NCBI GenBank assembly: GCA_010093745.1
Contig: MU005980.1
Location: 211,440 to 247,114 of the forward strand
Source of the DNA: Piedraia hortae CBS 480.64
Taxonomy: Eukaryota
Length of the DNA: 35,675 nt
Direction of reading: 5' to 3'
Position 1 is the first letter of the stretch. Every line of letters starts with the position of its first letter. Positions 21,257 to 31,947 of the stretch are shown piece by piece. The translations under genes were made by a program, and so were the position numbers. Below the pieces are notes generated by a model. The model was not told the origin of the DNA. It searched no databases and saw only the letters and a list, made by a program, of their open reading frames with translations.

Positions 21257-21988
21257 CTAAGCTTTCCATTCGGTCCTCCCCAACTTGACAATATCCGCCT
21301 GGTTCAGAATCTGCACCTTCTCCACTGACTTTCCTTCCACACAGTCCAGCGCGGCTCTAACCGCCGCTTTGGCGATGGTGTCGGCGCTTTGAGCCCAAGG
21401 ATCCGTACACCCTAAACCGCCAAGCCCACCCACCAGCCCCGCCAGCTTCTTTAGCGCAGACTCTGCAAATCTAGCATCACTTCGCTCGCCCAGTATGAGG
21501 CCCGGCCTTACGATGACTGCATGATCAAAGTCCAGAGCCCTAACTGCGTCTTCCAGCTCCCCCTTCATCTTGGGGTATGCGAAGAACGAACTTGAGCTGG
21601 CCCCCTGCGACGAAATGAGCACATATATCTTTGTTCCCGCTGCTTTGGCGGCTCGCGCCAACTCCAAATTCAGCCCATAATCGATCTTCTTCTGGTTCTC
21701 AGTGCTACCTGCCTGGGCACGCGTTGTCCCCAACGCCGAGAGAAAAACCTGCGTGGCAGGGCACTTTCCTGCCCAGGCATCCGAATCAGCTGAGACGATG
21801 TTGGTCGTCTTGGGCTTGGCAGGAAGATCCCTCCGCGAGAACGCGTAAATCGAGCTGACGCTCGGGAGATCTTGAAGCGTGGAAAGGATACGAGATCCCT
21901 AGCACCACATCAGCAAATCCACTTGACGAAGGAGCATCATGACACGAACAACCAATCCTGTACTGCCTACGACACATGCTGTTGCCAT
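21257..21988 (-). CDS. FMP52: Fmp52/HTATIP2-like NAD(P)-binding protein, 226 aa; exons 21988-21950, 21898-21257
   Basis: Spliced N-terminus MATACVVGSTGLV-GSRIL (GxTGLVG Rossmann motif). Also SALGTTRAQAGS, KIDYGLN, YPKMKGELE and RPGLILGER. Intron GTTCGT..CTGAT..TAG. Confidence 0.92.
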
Positions 21989-22430
21989 CTTGTCTGAGAC
22001 CGGCAGCAGCTGATAAGCCCCGCTGTGACGTTGTCTGGATTAGTAATCAAGAATGTGCCATCCAACGAATGAGATCGACAACCGAGGGAAGAGATGCCGC
22101 TTGATTATGCATGGCAATTTCATTTGCAGAAACTAACGGCACGAAGAGTCCTGCCGAAGAAAAATGTCGGCGCTGAGTGACTTGACGAGGGTTGCGAGCA
22201 TCTTTGATCTGGATGATGATCCACTCCCGCTCATGCCTCAACATCTGGAAGTGCTCCAAAATACGTCACGTGATGCACAATGTATCCGCCCTATGTCGAT
22301 GGATAGAATCTACACGACGTAATAGGTATTTTCTCAAGGCATTGGTCGCTTGGTGCAAGATAGCATATTCTATGGAAATGGAAAAGGCAAAGGCAAAGTG
22401 AGCAGCAGGCGGCTCCGATGCTTGTCCAAT

Positions 22431-23495
22431 TCAGGGCCCGCCAGTCCCTGCAGTAACGGAGCTTACTGCAGGGGCTGGCACGGTTTCAACGTTATTAGAT
22501 GTAATCTTCCCGCCATCTATCGTCTGTGTATCTTGTTGCGTTCCACTGCAAACGACGTACTTTGGCTTGGGTTCGGATTCAGTCGGACTTCCGTGAGTAG
22601 GGGTAACAGCCAGTTCTTCAAGAACCATCTGTGTCGAGGCAGCAAGGTTCATGGTGTAAAAGTGCAGGTGTTTCGTCACACCGCTGTTCAGAAGCTTGCG
22701 GCAAAACCCTGCTATGAGGTCCTTACCTGCCTCGCGGACAGCGGCATCATCACCCTTGATGGGCTCAAGTTTCTCCAACCATTCGGGTGGAATCCGGGCA
22801 TTGGTCCACTTGGCCCTTCTTAGGAAACTGTCAAAATTCTGGATGGGCATGATGCCTGGAATAATGGGAACGTGATCAGGTATTCCAGATTCTCGCACCT
22901 TTCTTGCCCATGTAATGAAGCGTTCCGCATCATAGCACATCTGCGTGACAATAAAAGTCCCGCCCGCGTCAATCTTCTCTTTCAGATAAGGAATGTGGGC
23001 GTCGGCGGTCGTGCCATCATCGCAGCCTTCGGGATAGCCAGCGACCCCAATATCAAAGTAGTCATCATACTTGCTTTTGATAAATTTTATCAGATCTCGA
23101 GCATAGCGAAAGGCAGTGGAGTCTGTTTGCTCCCATGAGTCCTTTTCCTTGGGCGGATCGCCGCGGAGGGCGAGGATGTTGGTACAGCCAGCTTCATACG
23201 CTTTCTGCAGAGCATCTGTAATCATTTCTATGCCCATATCGGTGCAGGTTAGATGCATACACGTCTCGAGGCCATACTCGGACTGCGCTACCTTCACCAT
23301 TTCACAGGTCAGGCTGCTACCGCTACCGCCTGCTCCCCAGGTGATGTCAATGAATGCTGGCCCAAGGCTGTTCATGCGACCCATGCGCGCATAAAGATTC
23401 TGCACGCCTTGGGGTGTCTTGGGTGGAAAGTACTCGAACGAATATGTCGGGTGGCCATCGGCGTGAGACGCCGCCAGTTTTTGGGTAATGTGCAT
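22431..23495 (-). CDS. Methylenetetrahydrofolate reductase, catalytic domain only (~320-354 aa)
   Basis: SFEYFPPKT, FIDITWGAGG, ETCMHLTCT, NILALRGDPP, IGVAGYPEG, FIVTQM, PIIPGIMPI and LHFYTMN motifs. A possible late intron at 22560-22517 would end the protein KWREDYI* at 22495. Confidence 0.93.
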   Translation of the reverse strand: MHITQKLAASHADGHPTYSFEYFPPKTPQGVQNLYARMGRMNSLGPAFIDITWGAGGSGSSLTCEMVKVAQSEYGLETCMHLTCTDMGIEMITDALQKAYEAGCTNILALRGDPPKEKDSWEQTDSTAFRYARDLIKFIKSKYDDYFDIGVAGYPEGCDDGTTADAHIPYLKEKIDAGGTFIVTQMCYDAERFITWARKVRESGIPDHVPIIPGIMPIQNFDSFLRRAKWTNARIPPEWLEKLEPIKGDDAAVREAGKDLIAGFCRKLLNSGVTKHLHFYTMNLAASTQMVLEELAVTPTHGSPTESEPKPKYVVCSGTQQDTQTIDGGKITSNNVETVPAPAVSSVTAGTGGP

Positions 23496-23875
23496 GATGT
23501 GTGTTGGTTCAACAGCACAGTATTAGTCGTGTCTATCGTCTATTCATAATCCGGGGCGAAACAGCCTGGTGTTGCAGCGATTGCTAGGATGAGGTTTTGT
23601 TCTGGGAAAAAAGCCGCGGCGGGGAAAAACGTCATTGCCTAAAGCGGCTAGAGCGGATTGGCCCAAACCACTGCATCAGAATCGGCTACCTGACATTCGA
23701 GGTCATTTAATAGTGGCAGAACAAGAGATTTCGTGACATCGAGGTAGTGAGTTGAGAAAACTAGCTGCAATTGCGGAAAGAATCAGAGAATCTGCAAATC
23801 AAGCTGTGTCTCCCAGTGAAACTCGCGACGTCTCATGCAGAACCAAGCCAGTCCGACATTGAAGCACCAGAAGCC

Positions 23876-24424
23876 ATGCTAAATGCCAAAGCCCTAACTG
23901 AGTTGCTGTCGAAGAACAGCGATGAAAAACTATACAGGCGTTGGTGGCTTACAACAGCCAATGGAACGTTGTTAGCTTACAATGTGCCTGCAGATCTGAG
24001 AAGTTTGCGTAAGCAAGTGGCCGCAGCAGTCATGTTGTGGCAAGACCATCACCTTGAAAGTGATGCAAGCCAGACAAATCGTCAGGCACCAACAATGATA
24101 ATATTATCGGAAGATTGCAATGTACTCGTGAGAGAAATTGAAGACGACCTCTTGCTCGGACTTGAAGCAGGAGTTCCTCTTCGAAATCGTGGATTCAAGA
24201 CCCGAATTATAATAGAAAGCCAGGATGGTAACCGGTTACACAAGAGCAACACCGCATCAGATGTTTTGGGCACGTCAACGGCCTCGACAGCTAATAGCAC
24301 AATTAGTGTTGCCACCAGTGGGGTTTTGAGTCTGCATAAGAAAAAGTTTGATGCCATGGCCGCTGCCATGCTAGACCGGTTTGAAGAAATCGGTTTCAAG
24401 CTACCAGAAATGCAATATTTCTGA
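23876..24424 (+). CDS. Roadblock/LAMTOR2-like protein (putative Ragulator/EGO subunit), 182 aa
   Basis: First ATG at 23876. MLNAKALTELLSKN...LTTANGTLLAY resembles the recalled LAMTOR2 start MLRPKALTQVLSQAN...LLNNEGSLLAY. The C-terminal GVLSLHKKKFDAMAAAM resembles the GMLKAKAQAL helix. Confidence 0.65.
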   Translation: MLNAKALTELLSKNSDEKLYRRWWLTTANGTLLAYNVPADLRSLRKQVAAAVMLWQDHHLESDASQTNRQAPTMIILSEDCNVLVREIEDDLLLGLEAGVPLRNRGFKTRIIIESQDGNRLHKSNTASDVLGTSTASTANSTISVATSGVLSLHKKKFDAMAAAMLDRFEEIGFKLPEMQYF

Positions 24425-24801
24425 TCACGTGCTTTTGGCAAGGAAGATACTAATGAGGTATGACAACTTGTTGTGCCTCTCGAAGACTGCTATACGGTCC
24501 AAAGTGGCCAGTCTTTGAGTATCATCATTTACCTTGACCTTGACGAGGCTGACGTAGAAAACAGGCACCATATTATGGGGCTATCTTCCAGCCAATTTAC
24601 GCGAGATGTGTTTCCTTTCTTCTTCCATCATCACTGGGACACATCCATCGCAACTACGTGGCCTCGGCTTCCACTGCTACTCATGACGTCGACCATGACG
24701 GCTCTATGCTACCCCGCAGCGGGGAAACTGTTTCGGAGCGGGCCGTCTAAACTTAATATACACCAATATGGACTTCGAGGACGAGGGGAACTGCTTCAGT
24801 C

Positions 24802-26283
24802 ATGGTGGCTATCCGTGTAACTGTGTCCCCTGCCCAGCGAGCTGTCAAACTGCTTCGTGCAGTCAACAGCGGGACCTCATCATGTCCCTGCCATGGAAAT
24901 TCTCGTCACCACCACCCATGTCACCACGCGCATCCATTTGGAGGTAGGGTTCGGTCTCTGGCAACTCCTGTCAATACCTCTAGTGGCAAAGAGTATGCGT
25001 TCGAAATGGCCGCAAGTAGCATCCGTTTTGGTCCTGGTTGCACCCAAGAAGTGGGCATGGACCTGACCAATCTCGGTGCTAAGAAAGTGATGGTAGTTAC
25101 AGATGAGATGGTGATGAAGCTAAATGCCATGAAGCAGGCAGTGGAAGCATTGGATAAAGAAGGTATTTCCTATGAGGTCTTTACCAAATCCAGAATTGAG
25201 CCAAAGGACTACAGCATCAAAGAAGCCGTAGAATTCGCGAAGCCTCACCAACCTGATGCGTTCTTGGCAGTGGGGGGCGGCAGTGTCATCGACACAGCCA
25301 AGCTAATGAATTTATACACAACGTTCCCGGAAGCCGATTTCCTCGACTTTGTCAACGCGCCTCTGGGTAAAGGCAAGCCAATAACGGCCAAACTTAAGCC
25401 TTTGATCGCCGTACCCACGACAGCAGGGACGGGCTCAGAAACTACAGGAACTGCCATATTCGATTTAGTTGATAAGAAGGCTAAAACAGGTATCGCCCAT
25501 CGCAACCTCAAGCCGACATTGGGCATTTGCGACCCTCTTAATACTCGTACAATGCCGTCCTCAGTACACGCTTCCTCGGGTCTAGATGTCCTTTGCCACT
25601 CTCTGGAATCCTGGACGGCTATTCCATACAATGAGCGTACCCCAAGGCCGGCAAACCCCATCCTCCGCCCAGCCTACCAGGGCGCCAATCCCATTTCAGA
25701 CATATTCTCTTTACAAGCCCTCCGCAGCACCGTCAAGTACCTGCCCCGAGCAGTCAAAGATCCAGACGATGCCGAAGCGCAGTCTGAAATGCTACTTGCC
25801 GCTACATTAGCAGGCGTTGGATTTGGTAACGCCGGCGTTCACTTGTGTCATGGCATGTCATATCCAATCTCGTCCCAGAATCCTGGCTACCAACATGCTG
25901 GGTATCAGGTCGATTACCCCATCATTCCGCATGGTGTCTCCGTAGCTGTCACAGCGCCCGCGGTATTCAAGTTCACTGGCCCTTCAAACCCTGAGAGACA
26001 TCTAGCTGCGGCGGAGGCGTTTGGGGTTGACATTTCCAACGTGAAGAAGGCCAGCGCGGGTGAAGTTTTGTCAGAGGCCGTGGCGGGGTTTCTGGTCAAA
26101 CTTGGAGATCAGCCTCGAGGATTGAAGCCCTTGGGATTCGACAAAAGTCACATTGATGGCCTGGTTGAAGGAACGATGCCACAGGCAAGAGTTCTGGCCT
26201 TGGCGCCGAATCTGACCATGAGTGATGTTAATGAAGAGAGAGAACAGTTGAGAGATTTGTTTGAGCAATCGCTGGAATATTAA
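24802..26283 (+). CDS. ADHFE1: Mitochondrial hydroxyacid-oxoacid transhydrogenase (ADHFE1/HOT, Fe-ADH family), 493 aa
   Basis: EYAFEMAASSIRFGPG, AVGGGSVIDTAK, VPTTAGTGSETT, RPAYQGANPISD, GFGNAGVHLCHGMSYPI and PHGVSV motifs, with a basic presequence-like N-terminus. Intronless. Confidence 0.95.
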   Translation: MVAIRVTVSPAQRAVKLLRAVNSGTSSCPCHGNSRHHHPCHHAHPFGGRVRSLATPVNTSSGKEYAFEMAASSIRFGPGCTQEVGMDLTNLGAKKVMVVTDEMVMKLNAMKQAVEALDKEGISYEVFTKSRIEPKDYSIKEAVEFAKPHQPDAFLAVGGGSVIDTAKLMNLYTTFPEADFLDFVNAPLGKGKPITAKLKPLIAVPTTAGTGSETTGTAIFDLVDKKAKTGIAHRNLKPTLGICDPLNTRTMPSSVHASSGLDVLCHSLESWTAIPYNERTPRPANPILRPAYQGANPISDIFSLQALRSTVKYLPRAVKDPDDAEAQSEMLLAATLAGVGFGNAGVHLCHGMSYPISSQNPGYQHAGYQVDYPIIPHGVSVAVTAPAVFKFTGPSNPERHLAAAEAFGVDISNVKKASAGEVLSEAVAGFLVKLGDQPRGLKPLGFDKSHIDGLVEGTMPQARVLALAPNLTMSDVNEEREQLRDLFEQSLEY

Positions 26284-26292
26284 ATTGGGAAG

Positions 26293-27111
26293 TTAGTCGT
26301 TGCTGTTAAGGTCCCAATCGTGGAATGGGTCATCGCTGTTGTCGTCTACATCTTGATCTTCATCTTGTTTATCATCTTCCACTTCCGCTTTCTCATCGAC
26401 CTCAACTTCTTTGGACTTCATCAATTTCGCCCTTCTTTCCTTCAGTTTCTTCACCCTCAAATCCAAGATTTCCATTGTGTCCAATTCCTCCTCAATCGCT
26501 CTCAACGCATCTTCTCGCTCTCCCTCAATGTCCAAATCAGTCTTTGTGCGCTGCTGACTCTGCTCTTCCGTTGCTTTCGCAGCGATTTCTTCAGCCGACA
26601 ACGGTTTTGCGGAGATGGTTGCTTCCACATCGAGCGCTGTCTTGTCTTGATGGTCCTCCATCAAAGCGAGTTCAGCCTCGAACGCCGCCAATTCCTCCGC
26701 CTGCATTGGACCTTCATCAGCCTCTCGGGGCTGGGCAGTTTGCTGGGGTAGCTCTTTCAGGACTTCCTCCTCGACGTTGTCCCCCCAGGGCGGCGAGGCC
26801 TTGACTCTCTTCTGCTCTACATGGGCAACTTCTGGCGACGAGATTTCCAGTTTCCGCTTCTTCTTTACCGGCGACAGATCCCTGTCGCGGACTTCGTGTT
26901 TGGCCTCTGTTGTGGGGGGGTTGAGTTCGACCGACTGATGTTTGAGATGAGCTGCAGAGTGGAGGTGCGCTTTCCATGATGTTGACGGTACGGGAGCTGC
27001 ACAAACGGTGCAGTGGAGCTTCCCGTCCGCTGTGTAGATTGCATTTGGGTGGACTATGCGGCGATTATTATGCTCAGCGCGGAGAAGAGAGCGCACGTCT
27101 GTGGCCGCCAT
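26293..27111 (-). CDS. ZNF830/CCDC16-like zinc-finger protein, ~272 aa
   Basis: MAATDVRSLLRAE..RRIVHPNAIYTADGKLHCTVC...WKAHLHSAAH (U1/matrin-type C2H2), TISAKPLSAEE, a coiled coil and an acidic tail ending DW. Confidence 0.8.
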   Translation of the reverse strand: MAATDVRSLLRAEHNNRRIVHPNAIYTADGKLHCTVCAAPVPSTSWKAHLHSAAHLKHQSVELNPPTTEAKHEVRDRDLSPVKKKRKLEISSPEVAHVEQKRVKASPPWGDNVEEEVLKELPQQTAQPREADEGPMQAEELAAFEAELALMEDHQDKTALDVEATISAKPLSAEEIAAKATEEQSQQRTKTDLDIEGEREDALRAIEEELDTMEILDLRVKKLKERRAKLMKSKEVEVDEKAEVEDDKQDEDQDVDDNSDDPFHDWDLNSND

Positions 27112-27277
27112 TGAAAGACGCGGTTCGGTACACGCGGTGTTGTGTTGCAATTGGGGGTAGTAGATTACAGGGTGTTACCGTTTCCGTTACAATACTACCG
27201 ACTCCATGACGTCATTGGACGGAAGAAGTTCAGCAGGGATACAAATACACGTCTATCCACACATTACCACTGTATCA

Positions 27278-27763
27278 TCATTGTCGTAGTTCGCTAATGT
27301 GAAAGACTAGAGGCGAGGATGAACTCAAACCTTCTATCTTTCCAGCATCTTCCATTGTCGGCGCTTGAATGCTCTTCAGCCATTCTGCCTCTTCCGCATC
27401 TAATGGTTCCGACATATCATGTAACTGCTGCTGAGATTGGCTGAACATGTTTGAGTGAACCACATCCACCATGTTGCTGGCAACTAATCAGTGCGATGCC
27501 ACATTGACCGTGTACGTATGCTTACTCGGTTGCGCGCCTGACGATTCTGTTCATATCCTCCCACTCTGCTCTTATTTCCTCTTGCTCTCCTTCGTCTGCT
27601 TCATCTCCCAGAGTCCCATACTGGCCGTGGTCTGAGCCATCAAGCAGCGGATCTTCCTCGTCGTACTGATGCACACCCGTTAGCTCTACCCGAAGGCCTG
27701 CTCGGGCCGACTAACCTGCGAGGAATGCCGTCCGAGGCCAAGGCAGGAGGCACAGATGCCCAT
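27278..27763 (-). CDS. LAMTOR1/Ego1(Meh1)-like lipid-anchored Ragulator scaffold, 128 aa; exons 27763-27716, 27665-27526, 27476-27278
   Basis: Only exon 3 is in the ORF track. Splicing (GTTAGT..CTAAC..CAG; GTAAGC..CTGAT..CAG) gives MGICASCLGLGRHSSQ-YDEEDPLLDG...EDMNRIVRRATD-NMVDV. It has a myristoylation Gly2, palmitoylatable Cys residues, an acidic dileucine EEDPLL and an IV..T..NMVDV LAMTOR1-type motif. Confidence 0.85.
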
Positions 27764-28671
27764 CAAGAATGTGATCCCGTTGTCGCTCGTGTAGCGATCG
27801 CGCTTTGCCCGGCAGAAAACCTGATGAATTTATACAGCGTCTGCGGTTGTCGCCGAGAAACGACGTCTGACTCTGAACTACATTCGCAGACTCCTGAACG
27901 CCATGGCTTGGGCAAAATCAAAACAGTGGTGAGAACTGCCCGCGACACGTGATTGGTGAATGACGGCTTATCCCGCGCCGCCCTGCATTGGCACGAACCC
28001 CAACTGAAACGGTTGGGTGGAATTCAAGCGGATGGTTGTCCAAGTGGTGGATTCCCAATCCTCGACGGGTGAAGCGTTCAACACCCTCAGCTAGTAGAAG
28101 TGTACACGATCATCTACCAGTTTACTCGTTCCTTTCTGGCTTCACATGCTCGTCGTTTGAATGTTGACTTGCGGCTAGATTTCTCATTCCTCTGATGCCG
28201 AAAGGACGTCCAGAGGTGTCAATGTGACGACAGGGAGTCAAAACACTGCAAGGCTCTAGTGGGCCCCATCACCAGTTTTGCAATCCCAGGAAGGGCGCGC
28301 GGAGATGTAGTCCGATCCCTAAGAATGTGGACTTCTCAGCTTCCGCCGAACCCGCTCGAACGGCTGAGCCTGGACTAAGCCTCAACCAGTGATTGCGAAC
28401 CCAAACCTGTGGCGCTTCATTCAAGTAACACCTCAATCGGCTGGTCGACCACTGCCGGCATGCAGCCTCCAGCCACTGCAGGTCCCAAGTAACGGTGGTG
28501 GCTACTCCCAGACACTGGTTTGAGTGTCTCCAAGGGAACTTATAAGGCTGCTAATGCAGTACTTAGCAGACAGGCAGGGCAGATATCTGTCTACATATCA
28601 AAGACCTTCATCCAAGTTTGTCTTTTTCGGAGAGCCCCATAGTTTGCCGTTTGTAAGATTGAGGAGAAGCT

Positions 28672-31600
28672 ATGCGCTCTTGGTGCTGGACTTCGGCCTT
28701 TTGCCTGCTACTGGCTCATGCCCGAGTAGCTCGCCCAGAAGACTCGTCTTCTGATAGCTCCAGCTGCTTACGGCGCTTGTTCCGGAAGCAAGCAGCTGAA
28801 CAGTCTTGGGTCGAGGATGTCTACTATAATTTCGTCCACAATACCTCTGTTGGCTAGACACTTTGCAAGCAAATGTTCAATTACCCTGATAAAACCGTCA
28901 CCGTCGAAGTCACACCAACTAGGCAAGTGTCTGCTACCTTCAGTAAATCTAGCCGTTAACAGTTGGCCAGCACTGAATACAACGTATATTCCACGCGGGT
29001 TGTTACTGTGCTATTCGTTAGCACCGATTCCAGTACCACGATAACGGCGACTGTGACTCCTACTCAAAGCGCTAAACGTCAAACAGATGAAGGTTTCGAC
29101 TTTTGGGAGAAGCTTAAAATCCAAGCCGCCAATGCCGGGCTACCCGCTCCCGATGACTCCCTGGTTAAGACTGCATTTGAGAATGCATGTCAATGCCAAA
29201 GTTTCGCTGGGAACACAGTCACTTCTACTTTCACGGATGACTCTACAGTGGCAACTCTGGATGAGTTCGATGTTACCACGACTACCTATGTTGCTACTAG
29301 TACGGCCCTTTCTGGAGTTGCTGAGGTTACAGCCACGGTAGATGCTTCTGCTTCTGCGGACCCTGAAACCGCGGTCTCGCAGGGGACAGCTACCACTACT
29401 AGCGCGCCTGATGCTGCAACCCCAGTTGCCCCAGCCCTTGCCTGTCCAGCAGATAACAACACGATTGTGAGTCAGTTGGTCGGGAATCAGCGATACGGCT
29501 ACCTCATCTTGTGTGATAGTGAGCTGACGTCTCCTGTCTGCAGGGGAGTTTTGTACAATGCTGGCGAGCAATCGAATAACTGTATCCTCAATGATGAAGC
29601 CGATGCAACTGAAGCTGCTGGTTCGAACGTTGCTCTTCTCCAAAGAATTGCAGTAGGTATCAATGGCAACACGCCGACAACAATAACACCTGCAATCGGC
29701 ACTCCGACATCTGACGCTGCCCAAGTCAGCTCTTCACTCGATTCGATCTTGATCAGCAAGTCGGAGACTATTCCCATGACTACCCTTGTGCCGGTAACTG
29801 TGACTCAGTCCGGCATGATTCATTCGACTTACGTTTCTGAGGGCACAACGTATTTTGTTGGCACCTGCTTCACTTCTGCCACACCTTTTGCTGATGGCCC
29901 ATGATACTCTACCTACTACACGTCCTATACGTTGTATTGGGCATCAACCACCACTGAGTATGTGATCACCCCAATGTCAACCGGCGCGACCAACTACGCC
30001 ACTTACTCCCCAAATGGCACTATCACCATCACTCAGATTATGACCAACGAGTCCTATATTTAGGGCGGTGAAGAGATCGCTTCTTCTGCCACGATGAATT
30101 ACTTCAGCTACGAGACTGGCTCGAGTGGCGCTGCTAGTGGGGGTCCCTCTCAGGCGTATGCTTCTATCACGCCCGAGTTATCAGCGACCACAATTACCAA
30201 TATCGGTGGAACTGGTGTAGTTGCCTCCGGCGCTGCATCAGGCAGCCCCTCACTTGGCTCAGAACTTCAACTACTGTAATGACTCTAAGCGGCGGTGTTG
30301 GATTCGGATCTTTCGGTGCTGCATCTGGTGGACTAACAGTCAACACATCCACGACTGCTGCGACCATGGTCGGTGGAACTGCCTTTGTCTATTTCGGAGC
30401 AGCATCTTGCGGCCCAAGTACCAGTATTTCCAACACCGTCATTCCAGGATCGAGTGGCATCGAGGTTATCTCCAGCGATGCTGTCTCTGGAGGCTCTTCG
30501 GCGACGACTTCCAGGACTGCAATTACAGTGAGTGGTGGTACTGTTGTGGTGTCCAGTGGAGCTGCATCTGGAGGCCCCACTCCAGAGACCTCGTCCACGG
30601 TGATTATTAACTCCGGCGACACGGCCTTCAGCACTGGCTCTGCTGCCTCAGGAGGCCCAAGCTCGTCTACGTTGCAAACTTCTGTTTCCCCCGGCGGGGC
30701 CAAATTTTCGAACACAGGCGCCCCTCGATCAGGCCTTGACACATCTGTTCCCACCTCTGATCCGAGTCCTTCATCACCGAGCAATGCGTTCTCGGACACC
30801 GGTGCGCCCCGCTCTGGTCTACTTGAGAAATCTTCGAGCACGATATCTTACGGACCATTCCCTAGCCAGCCTTCGCCTTCTCCGATTACCTCTAGCGACA
30901 CATTCCCCAACTCAGGTGCGCCTCGCTCTGGACAACCCGAGGAGTCACTCAGCACCACTTCTTCCGGGCCATCGACTTCCTCCGTAGTGTCTTCTACTTC
31001 TCTTGATACGTTTACCGACTTCGGTGCTCCCCTTTCCGGAGTCCTTGCTGAGACTTCGAGCACCACCGCAAGTAGCTCATCTCTCAGCACCATTCCCTAT
31101 GAGCCATTCACTTCTTCGGCAGCATCCTCCAGTCCTTTCAATAAATTCACCAACTCTGGTGTTCCTCGTTCCGGATTTCCTGATGAGACTTCAAGCACAA
31201 CCTCGAGTGGCCTATCAGCACCATTACATACGTGCCGTCGACAACAGGGAGCCCCACTCCGTCGAGCTCTAGCAACACATTCAATAATACAGGTGCACCT
31301 CGCTCTGGGCAACCTGGGGAATCCTCCAACAATATCCCAGACAACGTTTTCTTTTCCAGCCCTGCCACCACTGGCCCCTCATCTCTCAGCAAAAATCCAT
31401 ACGTGCCTTCTGAGTCAGAGACTCCGACTCACTCTAGCTCCAACACTTTCACCAACTCTGGATCGCCTCGTTCTGGATTCCCCGAGGAGTCTCTGAGCAC
31501 AATCCCCTTTGGCCACTTAGCTCCTCGCCAGTGTCCTCCAGCTCCGTGGATATCTTCACCAGTTCCAACGCTCCTTTCACTTCGCTATCCGCATTTCCAA

Positions 31601-31947
31601 ACACAATGAGCATTGTGCCATCAAGTTCTGATACATTCACTAATCCTGGCGCGCCTCGCTCGGGACAGTCTGAAACCACATCAACCTCGCCGTCTGCGTA
31701 TTCGAGCACAATGAGCACAGTGCCGTCAAGCTCCGACACTTCCACGAACTCTGGCGCGTCTCGCTTCAGACTCCCCGAGGAGAGCTCGAGCACTATACCA
31801 TGTGGCCCGTTCATCAGTTCCGTGATTTCGGTCCAGTCAGCCCCTTCAAGTCTTGGCAATACATCTCTTACCAGTACTCCACCGTTGAGCACATTTAGCG
31901 CGACTACCACTGAGACGGCAAAGGTCACGAAGACGGAGACAGTGTAG
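28672..31947 (+). pseudogene. Disrupted gene for a secreted Ser/Thr-rich repeat (mucin/cell-surface-like) protein
   Basis: Signal-peptide-like MRSWCWTSAFCLLLAHARVA and in-frame TAGs at 28855 and 30061 within coding-like sequence. The same peptide repeats continue across different frames (30094, 30279, 31232 and 31531 ORFs), showing several frameshifts. Confidence 0.75.
30121..31770 (+). repeat. Coding repeats: ~7x (S)SGAASGGP-like, then ~9-10x F(S/T)N(S/T)GAPRSG-like
   Basis: GAASGG-type units at 30121-30660. FxNxGAPRSG-type units near 30706, 30789, 30903, 31011, 31146, 31280, 31448, 31636 and 31741, separated by Ser/Thr/Pro spacers. Confidence 0.85.

Noticed and set aside
24880..24935. His/Cys-rich CPCHGNSRHHHPCHHAH segment in HOT as a novel metal site
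   Set aside because: It lies in the presequence region, where a CxCH-type His-rich stretch is, from recall, a usual feature of this family.
30121..31770. Repeated-core RiPP/KEP precursor or CRISPR-like array
   Set aside because: There are no Kex2 KR/RR sites flanking the units and no DUF3328 or other tailoring genes nearby. Repeats are conserved at protein rather than DNA level, with variable Ser/Thr spacers.
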